DNA from: an uncultured Gammaproteobacteria bacterium
Lineage (GTDB): Bacteria > Pseudomonadota > Gammaproteobacteria > CAWJPQ01
DNA length: 64,000 bases
NCBI GenBank assembly: GCA_963844825.1
Contig: CAWJPQ010000011.1
Span: 215,869-279,868 of the forward strand
Direction: 5' to 3'
Shown in pieces: positions 57,597 through 64,000 of the stretch (position 1 is the first letter of the stretch; the number at the start of each line of letters is the position of its first letter). Position numbers and translations under genes: made by a program. The notes under the pieces were generated by a model. That model made no database searches and was not told the origin of the DNA. It saw only the letters and a program-made list of their open reading frames with translations.

Positions 57597-57960
57597 CCGC
57601 GCCGTTGCTCCCCTCACCCCCTTGCCCTTCCCTGAAGGGCGCAAGATCCCTGAGGGACAGAGAGCGAAAAAGGGAATGCGTCCGGCGGCGAAAGCGGTCA
57701 AATGAAACGCCCCTGCGCCTGATCATCACGGGCCCTTCCGCTATTCCAGGGCAGGGCCCAATCCCCTGCTGATTATAAGTCTTTCCCGAAGGGGGGCGAT
57801 GGTGCGCGAAACGGCATGCCCGCCCCCTCCCGAATTGACTTTTGTCAAGGCCCGCCCCGCCAAATCCGTTACATTGAAGCCCTGATGACATAGAGCGCTT
57901 TGCGGGCACCCGTCGGCGCCTATCCGAGCCCGACAATATTCAATAGCGGAGTAACCTCGA

Positions 57961-58311
57961 ATGAGCACGAAACACCCTCTCAACATGATTTCCCAGCTGC
58001 GGCACTGCACGCAGGAGATGATGGCCTCGCTGTCCCACCTGCGAACGACCATCAGCGACGATTTCGCCCGCGAGCTCGACGCCATCTCCAGGAACATCCG
58101 GCACCTGGAGCAGTCCGCCAACCTGCTGCATGTCCAGGTGGAGACGAAAATGATAGAGACGCGATTCACCCCTCCGAAAAGGATATCTCTGCTACTGAAG
58201 GCCTCATTAAACACAGTGGCCGCAACGGGGGCGTGTGGTCGACACCAGCAGGCACGCCGCCACAATCAACAAGGGGGGCATTCCCATGCAACGGATTGGA
58301 AAACAAATTGA
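57961..58311 (+). CDS. hypothetical helical protein (116 aa), translationally coupled to downstream XRE regulator
   Basis: ORF MSTKHPLNMISQLRHCTQEMMASLSHLRTT... has no recognisable family. Its stop at 58311 is 2 nt before the XRE start. Confidence 0.4.
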   Translation: MSTKHPLNMISQLRHCTQEMMASLSHLRTTISDDFARELDAISRNIRHLEQSANLLHVQVETKMIETRFTPPKRISLLLKASLNTVAATGACGRHQQARRHNQQGGHSHATDWKTN

Positions 58312-58312
58312 A

Positions 58313-58546
58313 ATGCTGCGCACACGGCTCGGCATGTCCCAGGGCGACCTCGCCGAGCAGACTCACTTGAGCCATAGCTACGTCAGCAACCTCGAGCAGG
58401 GCAAGGAGATGCCCGACCTGGATGTCCTGCTGCGGATCGCCGTTATTCTCAGGGCCGAACCCTGGCAGATGTTGCTGTCCACCGACAGCGAAAACGCTTC
58501 GCGCCCGGCCCTGCTGGACGAACCGCCCGTGCCCCACCTTCATTGA
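58313..58546 (+). CDS. XRE-family helix-turn-helix transcriptional regulator (Cro/C1-type)
   Basis: MLRTRLGMSQGDLAEQTHLSHSYVSNLEQGKEMPDLDVLLRIAVIL is a classic XRE HTH. Start ATG 58313 or upstream ATG 58286. Confidence 0.75.
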   Translation: MLRTRLGMSQGDLAEQTHLSHSYVSNLEQGKEMPDLDVLLRIAVILRAEPWQMLLSTDSENASRPALLDEPPVPHLH

Positions 58547-58735
58547 CGCCTGCTCTGCCCGTCCCGCGCGCGGACTTCGCCCGGGAGCATCACCAATGTC
58601 CTGCCGCGCCCGCCGGGCGCACCCGTCATGGCCATGCCCGGGCACAAGGCACTTTTTCGCCGTCTCGCCCGGCGGTAGTGATAAAATCGACATCCAAGGC
58701 GGATCTGATGTGCTTTCAATGGTAAAGGAACCCCC

Positions 58736-59353
58736 GTGTCGCTACTCAACCTCCAGGCCCTTCTCGATACCCCGTTGACGACGGACCCGTTCGACTTTGC
58801 CGTGGTACCGCACTTCGTCACGCCGGAGGCCGTGGAGCAGATCCAGGCGGACTTCCCGGATATCCGCCGGGGTGGCAGCTTCCCCCTGTCGTCCCTGGAA
58901 TACGGGCCGAGGTTTGCCGCCCTGGTCGACGAGCTCATGGGCCATGAGACCCGGGAGGCCTTCGCCGAAAAGTTCGCGATGGACCTGAGCGCCCGCCCGG
59001 CCACCTTGACCGTACGGGGCCAATGCCGGGCCAAAGATGGACAGATCCACGTCGACAGCAAGACCAAGCTGATCACGGTCCTGATCTATCTCAACCCGCC
59101 CTGGGTGGCCGACGGCGGCCGCCTGCGGCTGCTGCGCTCCCCCCATGACATCGAAGACATGGTGGCGGAGATCCCTCCCTATCAGGGCACCATGGTGGCG
59201 TTTCGCTGCAGCGAGAACGCCTGGCACGGGCACAAATCCTACGAGGGACAGCGCCGCGCCGTGCAGCTGAACTGGGTGGAGGACGAGACCGCCGCCCGAT
59301 CCGTGGAGCGCCGTCACGGCTGGTCGGCGGCTGTGAAGCGGCTATTCAGCTAG
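58736..59353 (+). CDS. 2OG-Fe(II) oxygenase superfamily protein (prolyl-hydroxylase-like)
   Basis: GTG start with AAGGA SD. HVDSKTKLITVLIYLN...GGRLRLL...WHGH fits the HxD...H iron-binding triad of the family. Confidence 0.7.
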   Translation: MSLLNLQALLDTPLTTDPFDFAVVPHFVTPEAVEQIQADFPDIRRGGSFPLSSLEYGPRFAALVDELMGHETREAFAEKFAMDLSARPATLTVRGQCRAKDGQIHVDSKTKLITVLIYLNPPWVADGGRLRLLRSPHDIEDMVAEIPPYQGTMVAFRCSENAWHGHKSYEGQRRAVQLNWVEDETAARSVERRHGWSAAVKRLFS

Positions 59354-59547
59354 CCCGCCTGCCCACAACCCACGCCGCGTACCGCCGGCCGGCACCCATC
59401 AGCGACGGGATACCCCCAAGCCCGCGCATCACAGCGTTCTCATCCTCCCGGGGCCCCCCGGACACCCGCGGCCGCACCAATCCATAAACACATATCTTTC
59501 GACCACTTGCGCCGCTTAAGCCCGCCATAAGGAAAGTGTAAGAGATC

Positions 59548-59583
59548 TTTAAGGTTCGAGGCGTTTAATAGGCTCCAACGAAG
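59548..59583 (+). promoter_or_regulatory. conserved upstream element A (TTTAAGGTT-N6-GTTTAAT-N1-2-GGyCTCCA-N2-GAAGC) 65 nt before paralog 1
   Basis: Sequence TTTAAGGTTCGAGGCGTTTAATAGGCTCCAACGAAGC. A near-identical element precedes paralog 2 at the same spacing. Confidence 0.5.
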
Positions 59584-59640
59584 CAATTGATGGGATGTAC
59601 CGAAAATTGAACCGGTGATCTTCCATAAAGGAGAGTCGAC

Positions 59641-60198
59641 ATGAACGCAATTACTTACCTCGATGACGAATTGACCGTGAACTTCAACAACCGGATGCTG
59701 CGGGCCACCTCGGCGATGGTACTGGTGGGTACTTTCTTGACGGGCATGTGGGTGGCCCCGGCCTGGATCTGCCTCGCCTCGGTCGCGAGCATCTATCTGA
59801 TGACCTCGGCCATCCTGGACAAAGGTCTGGCGGGCGCAATCCCCGAGGAGGTCGCGGCCGGGCACGGGTCCTCCGCTGAGACAAACGTGGGCAACGCCGG
59901 GCGGGTCGTGCGCGGCGCGGCCGCGGGGGTTGCCCTGGGCGGCGTCCTGGCTGATCCGCTGGTAAGTGCCTATGTGCTGAACGCGGTGGATATCTTCACC
60001 CTCAACACGGTTGGGGTCTATCTTGCCCTCACCGGCATTATCGCCTGGGACCCCATCAACGCCCTGTTCGGTGCGGGGACCAAGGGGGCCGAATCCGCCG
60101 CCCCGGCCCTGCGCCCCGCCGGCGTGGGTGCAGGCACCCTGCCCAATACCGGACGGGTGTCCGAGCCCCAGCCGCAGGGCGACCGCTACGCGGCCTGA
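59641..60198 (+). CDS. inner-membrane protein with two tandem DUF2892-like (YgaP-like) hairpin repeats, paralog 1
   Basis: AAGGAGAG SD. Two internal repeats (...SAILDKGLAGAIPEE / ...TGIIAWDPINALFG) resemble the DUF2892 G-x-CP motif with Cys replaced by Asp. Paralogous to 63163..63666. Confidence 0.6.
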   Translation: MNAITYLDDELTVNFNNRMLRATSAMVLVGTFLTGMWVAPAWICLASVASIYLMTSAILDKGLAGAIPEEVAAGHGSSAETNVGNAGRVVRGAAAGVALGGVLADPLVSAYVLNAVDIFTLNTVGVYLALTGIIAWDPINALFGAGTKGAESAAPALRPAGVGAGTLPNTGRVSEPQPQGDRYAA

Positions 60199-60466
60199 CC
60201 TGAGTACCCAAAGAAGGGGGCGTGCGCGGCTCATGACGCGCACGCCCTTTCCCACGAGAACCGGCGCAAACCCGCCGCCCACCGACGCTCGCCACGACTC
60301 CCCCCTTTCCGTTCGCCGCCCCCGCCGGCCCGCCCATATGGACATGGTCCGACCACTTGATTGAAAATAGAGTCATGGGACCGGGATACCCGCAGTCACC
60401 CGCCAGGGCGCACGCAGGGGTCCGGCGGTCCGCCGCTATTCGAATAACGCACAGGGGAGACAAGGG

Positions 60467-60919
60467 GTGACAACGGCGTCGCGCAAGACCGCCTTATTCC
60501 GCGGCACACTATTGGGCGTATGCCTGCTGGTACCCTCAAGCCCGTCGTGGGCGGAGGCGATGATATTGCCTTTCGTCACAGGCCCGGGGGCCGAGGAATG
60601 CATACAATATATAACCGTGTTCCACCAGCCGTCCGACAAGTACCAGCTCTATACCAGCTGGCTTCAGGGCTACGCCTCCCGGATCGGTCTGGAAGAGGCC
60701 ATCAAACAGGGCCGCATTGTGGACTACCTCAATGGCACGTCCGTCGACGACATGGCGGCATGGCTCAACAACTGGTGCGAGCGCAATCCCTTCAAGTCCT
60801 TTTACCTGGCGGGCGCCGCCTTTATCAAACACGCCAGCGGTGGGGCACCCGTCCCCCAACGAGAAGCCGCCCCATCCAAGGCGAACAACCCGCCCGCCGG
60901 CACCCCTGACGCTCACTGA
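60467..60919 (+). CDS. secreted hypothetical protein
   Basis: 150 aa. Signal peptide ...LLGVCLLVPSSPSWAEA. No recognisable domain. Confidence 0.5.
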   Translation: MTTASRKTALFRGTLLGVCLLVPSSPSWAEAMILPFVTGPGAEECIQYITVFHQPSDKYQLYTSWLQGYASRIGLEEAIKQGRIVDYLNGTSVDDMAAWLNNWCERNPFKSFYLAGAAFIKHASGGAPVPQREAAPSKANNPPAGTPDAH

Positions 60920-61225
60920 CGCCCCGGGGAGGGCCGGCGGGTCCTTCTTCTTCGACAGCGCTAACAGCGGACCCTGTCTCCCCCGCCGCCCTGAAGCGGG
61001 CATTATTTACATATCTTTGCACTTGCCGCGTACAACATTACACGCAAATGGGACATCTTAGTCCCCGCATATATATATGCAATCTCCCTCCCCCAGCCCC
61101 CCGCGCCCCCCGCGGGGGCTTTTTTTTGAGCCCCACCATCAGCGACACCGGTGACACCGGCTGCCGGCCCGGCGGGCGTGGAACAGGGAAAGGGCCTGCC
61201 CGCCGCACGCGACAGGCAGGTAAAA

Positions 61226-61663
61226 TCACAGGTCCAACTCTGCGTCGGAAATGGTTTGATGCAGTTGATGGTAGGCGTCGAGAAAGGATTTTTTAGCGCT
61301 CTCCCACTGGGCGGCGGAACTGTCCGCCAGATCATGGTAGCGCTGAGAGAGCCGATCGCGCTGATCGTGAAGCTTGTTCAACGTCGCACCGGCGCTCTGG
61401 CGGGCAAATTGATTCATGTCCTGCCACTCGTCGTTCATGCGATCTTCGATCTGCTTGACTTGCTCGCTGACGCCATCCAGCGTGACCTTGGCCTTATGCG
61501 CCGCCTCATCCTTCTGGTCGACGCCGGCATGCTCCATCGCAGCGACCGCCTCGTCAATCTGCTTGTCCAGGTCCTGCGCCTCGGCCACGGACAGGGAGGG
61601 AACCGCGATAAAGGCGGCGAATGCCGCGGCGAGTAGGGTTTTATCAAATAGCTTGCGATTCAT
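61226..61663 (-). CDS. periplasmic helical hypothetical protein
   Basis: 145 aa. Signal peptide MNRKLFDKTLLAAAFAAFIAVPSLSVAEA, then a charged helical region. Confidence 0.55.
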   Translation of the reverse strand: MNRKLFDKTLLAAAFAAFIAVPSLSVAEAQDLDKQIDEAVAAMEHAGVDQKDEAAHKAKVTLDGVSEQVKQIEDRMNDEWQDMNQFARQSAGATLNKLHDQRDRLSQRYHDLADSSAAQWESAKKSFLDAYHQLHQTISDAELDL

Positions 61664-61894
61664 CGTTGAGTTGCTTCCTTATTCAATAGCTGCCAGGAGT
61701 GCGCGAGGGACATCGCCCTCACCGCGAACCATCATCAATTATAGCCTCAAATCAGGAAATTATGATCTTCCGCCCAGGTCCGACTAACCCTTTGATTCAA
61801 GTAATCGCCGGCAACCCCTTGGAGGGCTGCAACCGGCGTCAGTCCGCCAACTCTTCCCTGGATCGCCGCCAGTGCCCCTTGCCCAGGTAGCCTA

Positions 61895-62512
61895 TCAGGG
61901 CCAGCTGAAAACAGCGCAGGCACCAGATCCAGGGGACGGGAAACGGCAGGCTGTCATGATAGACATCGACTGGGGCACATGGACAAAGAACGCGAAAGAC
62001 CACGGCCCCGACCCCGACCGCCGCATAACCAGGTGCTCACTGATCCTGCCGGCCTCTCCCAGACGCTGTTCCCGCCGCCACGCCAACCAACTCAGCCACA
62101 GCTGCATGGACAGGAACAGACGCGCAGCCAACCAGCTCCACTTGACGGCGGCGTCGGGAACAGGCAGGAATGCATCCGTGAAGCCGTCCATGGTCACTGC
62201 TTCATGATAGGCGTCCAGCAGGCCGGTAACGAAAAAGCCGGTGCCGATGAACAGGAAGGTGTTCTCCTTCCTGCTGTAATAGCGCACCAGGGCGAGGGCG
62301 CCGACACACAGGGCCAGGACGGTCGCTACGCATTCGAGGAGCGTATGGAGTTGGCCTGAGACGGACCATGCCGTGTGTTTGAGAGGGAAATACACCGCGA
62401 ACAGCACGGCGCACGTTGCCACGTACGCGCCCGCCCTTCGCCTAACGACGCTGAAATTTTTTCCAGACACGGCCAGACAACCACCTACCTGCATCAACCC
62501 AACGAGGCGCAA
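61895..62512 (-). CDS. integral membrane hypothetical protein (possible sensor-domain fragment)
   Basis: 205 aa with ~5 predicted TM helices. No catalytic domain downstream. Confidence 0.4.
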   Translation of the reverse strand: MRLVGLMQVGGCLAVSGKNFSVVRRRAGAYVATCAVLFAVYFPLKHTAWSVSGQLHTLLECVATVLALCVGALALVRYYSRKENTFLFIGTGFFVTGLLDAYHEAVTMDGFTDAFLPVPDAAVKWSWLAARLFLSMQLWLSWLAWRREQRLGEAGRISEHLVMRRSGSGPWSFAFFVHVPQSMSIMTACRFPSPGSGACAVFSWP

Positions 62513-62640
62513 AACACCCGAGCCTTATTCAGCGGCCCCATCGCCCTTATCCAGAGGAGTCACTGACGGTGGCGGCACCGCCGCCCGTTTGTTTACCCCA
62601 AACCGGGCGAGCCGAATCAATAAAATACTATTTTAACTCA

Positions 62641-63003
62641 TCATGTTAAATACATCTCCCGGGGCACCGCCGGGACGGCCTCGCCCTGGCCCAGCACCCG
62701 CCGGGCGAGCATGGCGGGCATCTTCAGCAGGCGCCGGCGCTGCTCCCGGGACAGCTCCGAGACCGGCAGGCCAGGCCCTCGACAATGGCCGTCTTGCCCA
62801 CCCTCGCCTCCCCGAGCAGCACCGGGTTGCGCTTGGTGGCCCGCACCAGCGTCTGTTCCACGGCCCCCGATCTCCTCATCCCGACCGATCGCCGGGTGGA
62901 CCTTGCCCTCCCTGGCCCGTTGGGTGAGACCGCGCCCGAACCGCAGCAGCTGCTTGTAGGCCTCGGCGTCCACCCCCGCCTTCAGGCCTTGCAGGCCCTC
63001 CAT
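62641..63003 (-). pseudogene. ClpB/ClpV-like AAA+ chaperone remnant: part of D1 (Walker A region) joined directly to the start of D2
   Basis: ATG 63003 with AAGGAGG SD gives [45 protein letters not shown]. After a frameshift it reads ...[28 protein letters not shown], then ...[30 protein letters not shown] (D2 start). The ~450 residues between are missing. Confidence 0.6.
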
Positions 63004-63073
63004 CCCGTTTCCTCCTTGATATAAAAAGGGAATTTTTCCCGTTAAGGTTCCCCTAAGCAACGCCTAAGGAGTG

Positions 63074-63109
63074 TTTAAGGTTGACTGTGTTTAATGGTCT
63101 CCAGTGAAG
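63074..63109 (+). promoter_or_regulatory. conserved upstream element B, 61 nt before paralog 2
   Basis: TTTAAGGTTGACTGTGTTTAATGGTCTCCAGTGAAGC matches element A. A further TTAAGGTTC copy lies at 63042..63050. Confidence 0.5.
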
Positions 63110-63162
63110 CGAGGAAAGTGAAGCCACGACTTGCGCCTTCAACTGATACTGGAGATACCGAC

Positions 63163-63666
63163 ATGACATACGCAACCAACATGAATGACACCACATTCAA
63201 CACCACCGGCCGCGTGCTGCGCGCCGCCTCCGGCATCGGCATCGCCTGCATCGCCCTGGCCGGCTACTGGTCACACCCCTGGGCGCTGTTCGCGCTGTTC
63301 ACCGTCAGCGTCTACCTGACAAGCTCGGCCATCGTCGGCAGGGGCCTGTGGGATGCCTTGTTCAAGCCCAGCGCCGATGACGCCGGCAGCAACGTCGCCC
63401 GCGCCGAGCGCGCCGGGCGCGGCCTCACCGCCGGGGTGACCATGGGCACGGTGATCAGCGGCGCCCTGCTGCTCGACCCGGTGGATGTGTTCGTGCTCAT
63501 GCTGGTCGGCGTGTACGCGGGGATGTCCGCCATCACCGGCTGGGACCCGGTCCGCGCCCTGTTCGCCGAGCGCCGCCACACGGCGAACGCCGGCCTGACC
63601 CGCCCCATCCCCGTCACCGTCGGCCAGACCGGCATGGGTCAGGTTGCCGGCAAGAACGCGGCGTAA
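63163..63666 (+). CDS. inner-membrane protein with two tandem DUF2892-like hairpin repeats, paralog 2
   Basis: Start MTYATNMNDTTFNTTGRVLRAAS (ATG 63163, GGAGA SD). Repeats ...SAIVGRGLWDALFK / ...SAITGWDPVRALFA. Collinear with paralog 1. Confidence 0.6.
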   Translation: MTYATNMNDTTFNTTGRVLRAASGIGIACIALAGYWSHPWALFALFTVSVYLTSSAIVGRGLWDALFKPSADDAGSNVARAERAGRGLTAGVTMGTVISGALLLDPVDVFVLMLVGVYAGMSAITGWDPVRALFAERRHTANAGLTRPIPVTVGQTGMGQVAGKNAA

Positions 63667-64000
63667 GCGGCCCACCCTCCCGAGACACAACGTGCACGGC
63701 AACCGCCGTGCACGTTTTCATTTCCCGTCGGGGTGCGCTCCGTGAACAGTGAGGGCAAATCGCCTTCTTCTGCCGCCGCCATGGCGTCCGTAGTTAGACC
63801 TGTCTTTTCGCCCCCCAAAAGCCGCCTCTAAGCGCCATATCGGCGCTCTTTTCAGGCCAATAGCCTTTAAATTCCGCAGCCTGGATAGGTCCGACCCGCC
63901 TTTGCCTTTGATCAACAAGGGCCCTTATCGGCTCAAGTCGTACCCGCCCTTGGCCGATATCGCCCTTTCCCACCCAAGGCCGCCGAGGCCTGTTTGAATC

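Noticed and set aside
57600-57960. Possible promoter/sRNA in the polX-downstream intergenic region (TTGACT/TTGTCA ... TTACAT)
   Set aside because: Spacing between candidate -35 and -10 hexamers is not canonical, and there is no flanking terminator. Too speculative.

Overview
This 64-kb window comes from a high-GC gammaproteobacterium and is mostly core genome. The minus strand carries a complete division/cell-wall (dcw) cluster: mraZ-rsmH-ftsL-ftsI-murE-murF-mraY-murD-ftsW-murG-murC-murB-ddl-ftsQ-ftsA-ftsZ-lpxC, followed by a DUF721 gene, an M23 peptidase, secA and argJ. Further upstream lie a fatty-acid desaturase, rpmB-rpmG, a lipoprotein and psiE. RNase P RNA (rnpB) sits between mraZ and rsmI, and a long run of ORF-track ORFs overlaps it. 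A sigma70-like promoter with three GTGGG direct repeats, a candidate MraZ operator, precedes mraZ. Downstream come rsmI, lpoA, yraN, a BON lipoprotein, a FAD-linked oxidase, a macro-domain protein, sspB-sspA, djlA, copA, a DUF3391-like/HDOD pair, degP, an ABC-2/GldG-like/DUF4340 transporter set and lptA-lptB without lptC or rpoN. The last 15 kb looks accessory. It holds a 1228-aa predicted surface protein built from HAF repeats, about 14 Ycf48/BNR-like propeller repeats, a DUF11 domain and a Cys-containing C-terminal anchor module. Next to it are a degenerate BRCT-domain ORF abutting a PolX/PHP polymerase, a small-ORF/XRE pair, a 2OG-Fe(II) oxygenase and a clpB-like fragment with its D1 and D2 regions fused. 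Two paralogous DUF2892-like membrane proteins share a conserved ~38-nt upstream motif and flank a small island of secreted and membrane hypotheticals. Many genes are broken by single-base indels: murB, murC, murG, mraY, the FAD oxidase, degP, the ABC ATPase and polX. The murC indel sits at a short G run and the murG indel at a G6 run, and essential genes are hit, so sequencing error is the most likely cause and all pseudogene calls here need caution. No CRISPR array, tRNA, rRNA or transposase was found.
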